From positions 194,328-258,327 of the forward strand of contig SLTK01000009.1 in NCBI GenBank assembly GCA_004347695.1: a stretch of 64,000 bases of DNA, read 5' to 3'. Source of the DNA: Chloroflexota bacterium. GTDB taxonomy: Bacteria; Chloroflexota; Anaerolineae; Anaerolineales; Anaerolineaceae. The notes beneath the pieces are model-generated. The model was not told where the DNA came from, did no database searches, and was given only the letters and a program-made list of their open reading frames with translations. Below, piece by piece: positions 9,072 to 17,850 of this stretch. A program made the position numbers and the translations under genes. Every line of letters begins with the position of its first letter. Positions within the stretch are counted from its first letter, which is position 1.

Positions 9072-9401
9072 ATGAACATTTTAAACTTGACTTCAACAGA
9101 GTTTTTCCTGATTTTGGCCGGAGTTGCGCTGATCATCGGCGTCCTTTTGATCATCATCGGGGTAATCGTCCTGATCTCACGGGTGCTGGGCGGCGATGTA
9201 CGCAAAATCGCTGAGCAAACAGCAACGCTGGCACAAAAAGGGATCGCGGAAGAAGTTGCCGGGCTGGTTGGCAATGCGTCAACGCTGGTTGAATCGTTGA
9301 ACGGCCTGATCAAATCAGCCGCCGGAATTGGCGTCTTCCTGATCATCATCGGATTGCTGCTGCTGGCTGCCTCGTATGGCCTGGCCCTGCAACTCCGTTA
9401 G
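9072..9401 (+). CDS. small two-TM membrane protein of unknown function
   Basis: Two long hydrophobic segments flanking an amphipathic core; GGAGG RBS 6 nt before ATG 9072. Confidence 0.8.
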   Translation: MNILNLTSTEFFLILAGVALIIGVLLIIIGVIVLISRVLGGDVRKIAEQTATLAQKGIAEEVAGLVGNASTLVESLNGLIKSAAGIGVFLIIIGLLLLAASYGLALQLR

Positions 9402-9449
9402 CCAGCGCTTTTATTGGCGATTGTTTCCTCCCTTTAGAGAACAGGAGCG

Positions 9450-12400
9450 ATGATGCAACCTGCGGAAATTTTGGTTGAACTCAGGCGGGTCTTGCCTCCA
9501 GCGGATGCACCCTATGTGCTGACCGCTTTATCAGAAGATGCGTTGGTGTGGAATGCACTCCAACAGCCGGAATTTTTACAGGCAATCCTATCGGATGAAA
9601 GCGTCATTTCGTCTTTCTGGAGTCCGGCCAGCCTCGCTTTACGCCCGCTCGGCAACCGGGTCAGTTTTGCAGATTTAACTGCGGAACATATTCCCGGGAT
9701 CGAAGTTTCGCTGCGCAAACAGGCATTGGAAGTATTGGAGGATACACTGCGCAGCGGTCAACCGCCTGCCAATTTGGCTCAGGCCGGTTTGCTGGCACTG
9801 GCGCTGCGCGAACGCCGCCGCAAAACGCAATCCTGGCGTGGATTTTTAACCGAGCTGCTTTCGGTGCAGAATAAATCTACCAGTAATCTGGTCGAAGTGT
9901 GGCAAACGCCGCTGGCCTGCCTGTATGGGATGATCCCGGACAAATGGGATTTTTTGGAATCGCTGCTGCCGCAAGATTCCATGCACCCGGCCATTGATTG
10001 GATTTCGCACATTATTTTGAGCAACCCGCTGGACCTCCAGACTCAGGTTAAGATGATCCACGATCTGGCAAGCCAACTGGTTGTCGAATACCAGGTGGAA
10101 TGGCTGCGTCATTTAACCGGAAAAGGCCGCTTTGCGCTGGCTTCCGGAATTGCCGATCAATTATTGGACACTGACCGGGAATATTTTGCGGGTTTGGAAG
10201 AACCCTTTCAGCCGGATCATGCTGAATGGGTCGCTGCTTCGCGTAAGATGCTGGACAACCAACTGGCAGCCACTTTGTACCAGGTCGCTGGCCGGCCGCT
10301 GCAGGCAGGAATCTACCTGGATAAGACCCGCAGGCTGTTACAGCACTGGCTGGTCGGAGCTACTCTTCAAATGGCAACGGTCATCGACCATGAAGGCAAA
10401 ATGAATGACGCGGTTTACCAGGAATGCATCGACTTGATGGCGCAGATGCCGGTATCCCCTCAGTTATTAAATGATGCCATGTTTGTTGGAGGCGACGGCA
10501 TTCTCGGTACTCGCCTGGCCGGCTTGCCCAATAGCAATGGGACCATCGCTGCCCGCATTGGCAAAGGTACAACAAAATCTGCGGCCCGGGATTACCACGA
10601 GGAACAGCCTGATGTCCGCAAGGTAGTCAACACCTGGCTGGATGAAGTCGATCAGAATCCAGTCGCCTTGAAAGGCCAATATGTATTCGACTGGGATCCC
10701 AGCGGCTTGTTGGCAACCCTGACTGGTCAGGGAATGCACGTAGAAGCCGTCCAGGCAGGGGAGCGTTTCCTCGCAGTACGGCCGGAAGATATCAGACTGC
10801 TTGGCTGGCTCTCAGAAGCATGTCATGGATTGGGCAATGATGAAAAAGCGGTCAATTTCCGGTTGCGTGCCATTCTTTTGGAGCCGGATCAACCGGAGCA
10901 TCTGCGCAAACTGGCGGAGGTGTGGGAAGACCGGCAAGATTGGGAAGCTGCCCTGGAAGAACGCCGCAAAGTTGCGCAGATGACGCAAACCCCAGCGGTG
11001 GACGACCAATTGGCGCTGGCTGCGACAGCGATTGGCGCGCAGAAATTTGCTGAGGCCAATTCAACTTGCGAAAACATCCTGACAGATAACCCCGAACACG
11101 GCATGGCCTTCACCCTGATGGGAAAAGCGGCATTGGCGCAAGGCGACCTGGAGACTGCGGTTGCACACCTGTCGAAAGCGACCGTGCTGATCCCGGAAGA
11201 ATATATGCCCTGGTTCGAGCTGGCAGAGGCCTACCGCCGTAAGGGCGAAACCCAGCGGGTGCTGGAGACGCTGCGAGAGGCGGTGCTGACTGCACCCGAT
11301 TCTGCTGATCTGCACTACGCTCTTGGGCAGGCTTATCTCGACATCAACCAGATGTCCGATGCGCTTCCATTCCTGCGGCAGTCCGCCCGGTTGGCGCCGG
11401 AATCGGTTCAGATTGCACTGGCGCTGGCGGAAGCGCTGATTACGCTAGGTTACAAGCAGGAAGCCCTGGATGTGGTTGTGAAGGCGCGCGGCAGATGGCG
11501 CGTGCACGATGGTTTGGCTTACCTGCATGCGAAATTACTGCTCAGGGAAGGCGTAATCGAGGAAGGGTTGTCGATTCTGGAGATCGCGCTGCAATCGGAG
11601 AATCCCAAAGCTGAATGGTATGTTCTGTACGCCGAGTCGCTGATGGGCAACCCCGAAGCTTACCTGGCTGATGAGCAATTGGTGGTTGACCTCAATAAAA
11701 TGACCAGGGCTTTTGATGCCTTGCAACAAGCGCTTTTTTTGCAACCGCAATATTTCGCTGCTCGCCTGCTGAATGCCGAGGTTTTGCTGCTGCGCGGCGA
11801 GAACGAACCGGCATTTGGTGCGTATAGCCAGTTGATTGATCTACCCGAAGCGGTTCAGGAAGAATGGTACTGGCGCATACAGGCCGGTCTGGGGCGATCC
11901 TCATTAAACCTGGGTCAAATCGAGACAGCACTGGCTTCGCTGCAGAATGCGGTAACTGCTAAACCCGAGTCGCTCGGGTTGAATTGGCTGCTGGCTGACG
12001 CATTTGCCGAAGGCAACCTGACTGAGTCTGCTGCTGCCGCTGCGGAACAGGCATTGATGCTGGCGCCGGACGATATCCACAATTTGACCTGGTACGCCAA
12101 CTTGATGCTGCGGATCCAGATGCTCGATAAAGCTATTCTGGCATTAAGAGCAGCGATCGAGGTGCAGCCAGAAACCGTAGATCTACGCCTGTCGCTTGCC
12201 GAAGTGCTGTTGGCTAACGGCAACCAGGAGGGCAGCCGGGAAGAACTTGCCAAAGTTGTCACCGAGCCATCCGTGACGGTTGCTCAATTGCGCAAAGCGG
12301 CGCACACCTCCCTGCAAATGGACGATAAGGCCAGCGCACTCTCGACTCTGGAGAAGGCCGCCATAGTGAATGGTGCGCCGGATGCGACGCTCCTCTTCGA

Positions 12401-14897
12401 ACTGGCGGTGCTGAATAAGGACATTCACAAGGTCGATCAGGCGTTGGAATTGACGCAACGCGCCATCCTTGCTGACCCCCAAGAGGTTACATATTACGTC
12501 TTCCAATCCGATTTGCTGGATCAGTTAAATCGGCCGCAGGCAGCGATTACCGCACTTCAACAAGCGCTGCAGCTTAGCGAGGCAAACAATCCTGCAGGTA
12601 ACCTGGCAGCCGGAAAAACAGGCAAAGATATGCCTACTTTTACCGTGGCGGCAAACCTGGTCGATATTCACCGGCGCTTTACTCACTTACTGCAAAAGGT
12701 TGACAACCTCAGCGAGGCTCTGGCGCATGCTGAAAAGGCGATTGAACTTGAACCCGGGAATGCCGAATACCAATTTGTTGGGGCTGAACTGGCCGCCAAA
12801 CTTTTGCAGGACAATCGCGCGCTCGCGTTGGCAACTAATGATACGAATATCACCGAGCCCAACAAACTCAGTCCCTGGCTGGGTGGGTTGTTCAGTATGC
12901 AAGCTGAAAACGCGCTCGAGCATGGTGACGCACATCTGGCATACCGCAAAATCAATGAAGGTCTGAAATTTGACCCGGATGAAACCCGATTATTGGCCGC
13001 CCGTGTACGCGTAATGACCCGCACTGGCGATTTCGCCGAAGCCGAGGAACTCTACGCTGACCTTTGGAAGCGCGTCAATCCAGGATTAAAAAGCAAATCC
13101 ATCCGTGTTGACCGCGAGCAATTCCAATCACAGACTCCTGAAAGCACTCTATTGGGTTTAGCTGAAGCTGCGGTTGAACTTTATCGCTGGGCAGATGCCG
13201 GTCAGTTGCTGGATGCTGTCCTTCGCCGGCAGCCGGCCCAACCTCTGGCTCTGCTGCGCCAATCGCGCGCGATGGTTCGGGCTGCTGAATGGTACCTGAC
13301 CGGTTCGGCGCTGGGATGCGAAGCCCACCTGCCTGACGAAACGGTCGTCAACCAGAAAACCTACATGCGCTTTTCGCAGTTGATTTCCGAACTGGGCAAG
13401 CTGAATAATGCTGCAGAAATCGAACGGTGGAAAGTACGCGGAGAAGCAGTATTCGAACCATCCCCGGCCAGTGTGCGCGGATTCTCGGCCATTTCCATGA
13501 CCGGGGACGATGCCGCTGCATTGGTCATGGCGCTCAACCGGACTGGAAATGGTGAGGGAGCCTGCCAGGTCGGCGATCAATTCAATGATCATGCTCAAGT
13601 ATGCGTCCAACTGGCGACTGTCGCTGTTGAAAATCGACTGGATTACAACCAGCAGGCTGCTTTGCGGGCTGTTGCTCTTGAGCCGAAAAATCCCGTATTC
13701 CAAATCGCCCTGGCGAAGTCTTCTGAAAAATCAGGTGATATCGGCCGCGCGCTGGAAGCAGTCGAAACCGCTCTGGTCTACTGGCCAAATGAAGCTGGCT
13801 GGCAGCATTGGGCTGCCACCTTGGCGCAGCAAATCCATGAGCCGGAAGCTGCCAAAAAACACCTGGAAAAAACGCTGGAATTGATGCCAGCCAACCTGGA
13901 AATTGCGCTCGAGCTGGGTGCGGTTTACCTGACCCTGAAAGATGCACCCAAAGCGGTAAGCGTGCTGGCCAAAGCCGTCCAAATTTCCCCTACACACGCC
14001 CTGGCCTGGTTAAATTACGGCCGTGCATTACTTTCCAACAAGCAATATGCTGATGCGGTCAAAGCGGCTGCCCAGGCGACTCAGTATGGTGGGGATGAAG
14101 CCTATAAAGGTCTGGTGCTGAGCGGCGAGGCCCTGCTGGCTGCCGGTGATGACCGCAAGGCAATGGATTTTGCTCGCGATGCCGAGAAAATGGCGCCCAT
14201 GGTCCCGGAAACCCGCTTGCTGGTCAGTAAGATCTATGCAGCCCGCGGCAAGGACAAGGAAGCGCTTGCAACGCTCACTAAAGCAACTGAAGAAATGCCT
14301 GGAGTGCTGGCGTTGGAAAGCGAACGCGCCCGGCTTATCTATCGGTTGCATGGCGCCGAAACGGCGGTTCAAGTACTGCAGCCGTTGGCAGAACGCTACC
14401 CGGATAACGACCAGGTGATCAGCACCTATGCTGCAGCGCTGGCCGAAAGCGGCAGGGCTGCTGAAGCTGAAAAAGCAGCATTGTTAGCCTTGCGTCTCGA
14501 TCCGCAAAAAGCTGAAATTCATTTACTACTCGGCCGGCTATTTGCCGACTCTGGCCAGTTGGACAAATCCGTGCATCATTTGACTGAATCGGCCCGGCTG
14601 GCGCCTAACCAATCCGATGCCTACCTTGACCTCGGCCGGGTCTTTACCATCCGGCGCGACTTTTCGCAGGCATTGGCCGCTTATCAACAAGCGATGCGCA
14701 CAGCCCCCGAGGATTACCGCTCGTTTTATCAGGCCGGCCTGATCCTGCGTGATGGAAAGGATTATCTGGTAGCCGAAACTATGCTCAGGCGCGCTGCCGA
14801 CCTTGCTCCTACGGACGTCAATATTCGTCGGCAGCTTGGCGCGATTGTTGCATTGAACCTGGTACACAACTGTCAGGAGGCAAACTCATGCCTGTAA
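9450..14897 (+). CDS. giant tetratricopeptide-repeat protein (1815 aa)
   Basis: Many TPR-like repeats (for example A..LG.A...G...A...L..A..L.P) from about residue 430 to the C-terminus; RBS AGGAG. Confidence 0.9.
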   Translation: MMQPAEILVELRRVLPPADAPYVLTALSEDALVWNALQQPEFLQAILSDESVISSFWSPASLALRPLGNRVSFADLTAEHIPGIEVSLRKQALEVLEDTLRSGQPPANLAQAGLLALALRERRRKTQSWRGFLTELLSVQNKSTSNLVEVWQTPLACLYGMIPDKWDFLESLLPQDSMHPAIDWISHIILSNPLDLQTQVKMIHDLASQLVVEYQVEWLRHLTGKGRFALASGIADQLLDTDREYFAGLEEPFQPDHAEWVAASRKMLDNQLAATLYQVAGRPLQAGIYLDKTRRLLQHWLVGATLQMATVIDHEGKMNDAVYQECIDLMAQMPVSPQLLNDAMFVGGDGILGTRLAGLPNSNGTIAARIGKGTTKSAARDYHEEQPDVRKVVNTWLDEVDQNPVALKGQYVFDWDPSGLLATLTGQGMHVEAVQAGERFLAVRPEDIRLLGWLSEACHGLGNDEKAVNFRLRAILLEPDQPEHLRKLAEVWEDRQDWEAALEERRKVAQMTQTPAVDDQLALAATAIGAQKFAEANSTCENILTDNPEHGMAFTLMGKAALAQGDLETAVAHLSKATVLIPEEYMPWFELAEAYRRKGETQRVLETLREAVLTAPDSADLHYALGQAYLDINQMSDALPFLRQSARLAPESVQIALALAEALITLGYKQEALDVVVKARGRWRVHDGLAYLHAKLLLREGVIEEGLSILEIALQSENPKAEWYVLYAESLMGNPEAYLADEQLVVDLNKMTRAFDALQQALFLQPQYFAARLLNAEVLLLRGENEPAFGAYSQLIDLPEAVQEEWYWRIQAGLGRSSLNLGQIETALASLQNAVTAKPESLGLNWLLADAFAEGNLTESAAAAAEQALMLAPDDIHNLTWYANLMLRIQMLDKAILALRAAIEVQPETVDLRLSLAEVLLANGNQEGSREELAKVVTEPSVTVAQLRKAAHTSLQMDDKASALSTLEKAAIVNGAPDATLLFELAVLNKDIHKVDQALELTQRAILADPQEVTYYVFQSDLLDQLNRPQAAITALQQALQLSEANNPAGNLAAGKTGKDMPTFTVAANLVDIHRRFTHLLQKVDNLSEALAHAEKAIELEPGNAEYQFVGAELAAKLLQDNRALALATNDTNITEPNKLSPWLGGLFSMQAENALEHGDAHLAYRKINEGLKFDPDETRLLAARVRVMTRTGDFAEAEELYADLWKRVNPGLKSKSIRVDREQFQSQTPESTLLGLAEAAVELYRWADAGQLLDAVLRRQPAQPLALLRQSRAMVRAAEWYLTGSALGCEAHLPDETVVNQKTYMRFSQLISELGKLNNAAEIERWKVRGEAVFEPSPASVRGFSAISMTGDDAAALVMALNRTGNGEGACQVGDQFNDHAQVCVQLATVAVENRLDYNQQAALRAVALEPKNPVFQIALAKSSEKSGDIGRALEAVETALVYWPNEAGWQHWAATLAQQIHEPEAAKKHLEKTLELMPANLEIALELGAVYLTLKDAPKAVSVLAKAVQISPTHALAWLNYGRALLSNKQYADAVKAAAQATQYGGDEAYKGLVLSGEALLAAGDDRKAMDFARDAEKMAPMVPETRLLVSKIYAARGKDKEALATLTKATEEMPGVLALESERARLIYRLHGAETAVQVLQPLAERYPDNDQVISTYAAALAESGRAAEAEKAALLALRLDPQKAEIHLLLGRLFADSGQLDKSVHHLTESARLAPNQSDAYLDLGRVFTIRRDFSQALAAYQQAMRTAPEDYRSFYQAGLILRDGKDYLVAETMLRRAADLAPTDVNIRRQLGAIVALNLVHNCQEANSCL

Positions 14898-17563
14898 ACA
14901 ACCCAACCAACCTCAACAATCCCCAGATTACGCGCTCTCTCACTCGTTCGACGCTGGTCATGGTGCTGAATGCGGCGCTTGAAGCCAAAGAATATCGCTT
15001 TGCCCGTCAGATGACTTTAACCTGGCTCTCCATTTATCCCGGCGACCTGGAAGTCAACCGTTTCCTGGCGCGCATTTTCAGCCAGGAAAGCAAAACCGGA
15101 CAGGCAATCCAAATTTTGGAAAAAGTGTGCCGGATGGATCCGGAAGACATTACGGCGCAAAAAGCGCTGGCAAAAGCTTATGGGGTAGCCAGCCAGGCGG
15201 ATTACACCCGGGTTTTAGTAGACATCTTTGTTCTTGGTCAACGAGTCGATCCGGCAGTTGCTATGCCGGGTTGGAGCACGATTCTTCGGAATGCGCGCCG
15301 AGCCCTGGCCGATGGAAATTTGGACGCCGCAGAAACTATGCTTTATCAGGTGCTGGCCTTGACGCAGGATCAACTGCTGGCTGCGGTTACCCATCTGGAA
15401 GTCATTCGGGCGCATCGCGACCAGGCCAACCTGCTGAAATTTGGCGAACTTTATCACAGCCAATGGCCTGAAACCGTGATCTTTAAACTGGCGCTGGCTG
15501 AAGCCAAGATGGAAGTGGGAGACGAGGCCGGCGCTGTGACCTTGCTTCACCAGTCCGTGGCTGCGGATGCGGCAGGCCAGGTAACCGGGCGTTGGTGGGG
15601 CGAACATCACCCATACAAGCCTTTATGGCCAGAACATATGGAAATCGGCATGGATATTGCCATTCCGGCCAGCATCGCCACCAGCATGGGTTGGAACCGC
15701 CTGGCGTCATCCGCCAGGGCTGTGGCTCCAGCCTTCACCGTTGAGACCCCGACTGATGCGGCGGATGCATTCCTGCAAACCGCTGAAGCTGCCTACAGCC
15801 AGGAAAGTATGTACGAAGAACAGGAAAAAGCCAGAGCCAAGGCGGCAGCCGCAGCAGCCGCTCAAGCGCAGGCCAAATTAAATCCGCCCGCCTGGTTGAA
15901 AAATACCGAAAAAGAGTTCGAGCGCCTGGCCAAACGGATGAAAACACCGGATATAACCAAAACCGATGGGCGCTTCCCAATCTACGTGGTATTTTCATCA
16001 CGCACCGGACTGCGCAATCAATACGGCGAACAAACCCTGGCTGTGATCGAAAAGGAAATGGTCCGGCTTTCAGACGCCGTCAAGAAACGCGCCGGCTGGG
16101 GCTCCATGGTTTTTTACCCGGATGATATTGAGACTACCGGTAAGCTGGGCATCAATACCACCGGTCAGGTTGACCCCTGGAAGCTCAAATTAGCCATTAC
16201 TGATCTGGATAAAGCTCTCGCCAAAAAAGGCGGTCGAATCGGTGCACTGGTTATTGTGGGCGGTCCCTCGGTCGTTCCATTCCACCGGCTGCCGAATCCG
16301 ACCGATGACATGGATGAGGAAGTCCTTTCAGATAATCCCTATGCTTCGTTGGATTCGAATTATTTTGTGCCCGAATGGCCGGTTGGCCGAATCATGGGCG
16401 AGGTTGGCGAAGATGCCGGACTGCTCCTGCAACAATTGCGCCAGGCAGTCAAGTATCAAAACCAGGCGGCCAAGGGAGCAAAGACTATTCGCCGGGTAGC
16501 CCAGTGGTTCACCTGGTGGCGCTGGTTCCTGCCTTCTGCCAGACCCAATGGAAAAGTAGGCTCCTTCGGTTACACCGCGTCAGTCTGGCGTCGTTCTTCA
16601 CTGGCGACCTATCGTCCGATCGGTGAAGGTCGCACCTTGCAGGTGTCGCCCCCCAGCAACAGCGGCGGTTTCAATTCGAACAAACTGACCGGCTCTCCAC
16701 TTGGTTTTTATAATTTGCATGGGCTGGCTGATACAGCCGAATGGTACGGCCAGGGTGATCCGCTCGAGCGGGGCAGTGGACCTGAATATCCGGTTGCGCT
16801 CAGCCTGACCGATCTACCGAAAAATGGACATGCGCCCAAGGTGGTCTTTACCGAGGCTTGCTACGGTGGCTTTACCATGCAGAAAACCGAATTAACTTCG
16901 CTTGCGCTGCGCTTCCTGTCGATTGGTGCACACGCGGTGGTTGGATCGACCTGTATTTCTTATGGTTCAGTTACCACCCCGCTGGTGGGGGCCGATTTGC
17001 TCGGTTTTTATTTCTGGTCAGCGCTGCGGGAAGGTTATTCGGTAGGTGACGCGCTGCTGCAGGCCAAAGTTTCGATGGTGCGGGAAATGACCAACCGCCA
17101 GGGTTTCCTGGACGGAGAAGACCAGAAGACGCTGATCTCGTTCGTTTTGTACGGCGATCCACTGGTGTACCACGATGGCGTGCAGGTCAGTCCCAAGAAA
17201 GCTGTTCGCTTCCAAAACTATCCGGCAGTAAAAACCATCAGCGATAATGCCAGCGATGAAAACGAAGAGCAAGCCATCAATGAAAAATGGTTGCAATTTG
17301 CCAAACAGGCGGTTTCTCCGTACCTGCCGGGTCTGGACCGCGCTCAAGTCAGCGTCAACCAGCAGCATTGCGAGGTGGATTGCAAGGTTCACCGGGGCAT
17401 TGGGCTGAACCTTGGGCGCAAACAGGCGCAAAAGCAGGTTGCCGATCGAACCGTGGTCATCTTCAGACGCCAGGTGAAAATGGGCGAGCACGATCACATT
17501 CATTATGCCCGCGTCACAATGAACAAGGATGGCAAGATGATGAAGATGGCGTTTTCGCGATAA
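14888..17563 (+). CDS. TPR-like N-terminus fused to a peptidase C25 (gingipain-like, clan CD) domain
   Basis: IVGG..VVP, SDNPYA, PVGRI, His in YNLHGL (H611), Cys in FTEACYGG (C658), GAHAVVGST, VGDALLQAK, LYGDP; start overlaps the upstream stop by 10 nt. Confidence 0.72.
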   Translation: MPVNNPTNLNNPQITRSLTRSTLVMVLNAALEAKEYRFARQMTLTWLSIYPGDLEVNRFLARIFSQESKTGQAIQILEKVCRMDPEDITAQKALAKAYGVASQADYTRVLVDIFVLGQRVDPAVAMPGWSTILRNARRALADGNLDAAETMLYQVLALTQDQLLAAVTHLEVIRAHRDQANLLKFGELYHSQWPETVIFKLALAEAKMEVGDEAGAVTLLHQSVAADAAGQVTGRWWGEHHPYKPLWPEHMEIGMDIAIPASIATSMGWNRLASSARAVAPAFTVETPTDAADAFLQTAEAAYSQESMYEEQEKARAKAAAAAAAQAQAKLNPPAWLKNTEKEFERLAKRMKTPDITKTDGRFPIYVVFSSRTGLRNQYGEQTLAVIEKEMVRLSDAVKKRAGWGSMVFYPDDIETTGKLGINTTGQVDPWKLKLAITDLDKALAKKGGRIGALVIVGGPSVVPFHRLPNPTDDMDEEVLSDNPYASLDSNYFVPEWPVGRIMGEVGEDAGLLLQQLRQAVKYQNQAAKGAKTIRRVAQWFTWWRWFLPSARPNGKVGSFGYTASVWRRSSLATYRPIGEGRTLQVSPPSNSGGFNSNKLTGSPLGFYNLHGLADTAEWYGQGDPLERGSGPEYPVALSLTDLPKNGHAPKVVFTEACYGGFTMQKTELTSLALRFLSIGAHAVVGSTCISYGSVTTPLVGADLLGFYFWSALREGYSVGDALLQAKVSMVREMTNRQGFLDGEDQKTLISFVLYGDPLVYHDGVQVSPKKAVRFQNYPAVKTISDNASDENEEQAINEKWLQFAKQAVSPYLPGLDRAQVSVNQQHCEVDCKVHRGIGLNLGRKQAQKQVADRTVVIFRRQVKMGEHDHIHYARVTMNKDGKMMKMAFSR

Positions 17564-17599
17564 TTTTTCCGAAAATATCCCCCTCCTGTCTCTGTGTGT

Positions 17600-17627
17600 G
17601 CAGAGGGCCGCCGCAAGGCGGCTCTAC
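17600..17627. repeat. GC-rich hairpin, GTAG-tagged REP-like; may terminate the protease operon
   Basis: GCAGAGGGCCGCC-GCAA-GGCGGCTCTAC; reads GTAGAGCCGCC on the minus strand. Confidence 0.4.
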
Positions 17628-17788
17628 TGCTTAATAAAGTGTTGTCATGGAGGAACGGGCCATCTGCTTTGATCGTACAGAAAGGCTACCTGTAGAAAGA
17701 TAGGTCATACCTGCGTGTTTGTTTTACAAAATAAGGACCGCGATTTTCCTGGTTAAGGGCTAAATATCAGGCCACATCGCAGGTCTTA

Positions 17789-17817
17789 TTGATTCCTGCC
17801 CTTCCCTCGCTTATAAT
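17789..17817 (+). promoter_or_regulatory. sigma-70 promoter of alaS
   Basis: TTGATT, 17 nt, TATAAT. Confidence 0.7.
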
Positions 17818-17850
17818 TTGTGATTATCTGACGGCTGACCAGGAGACTTC

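Noticed and set aside
17640-17850. T-box riboswitch upstream of alaS
   Set aside because: No T-box antiterminator motif, and the promoter lies about 33 nt from the start codon.
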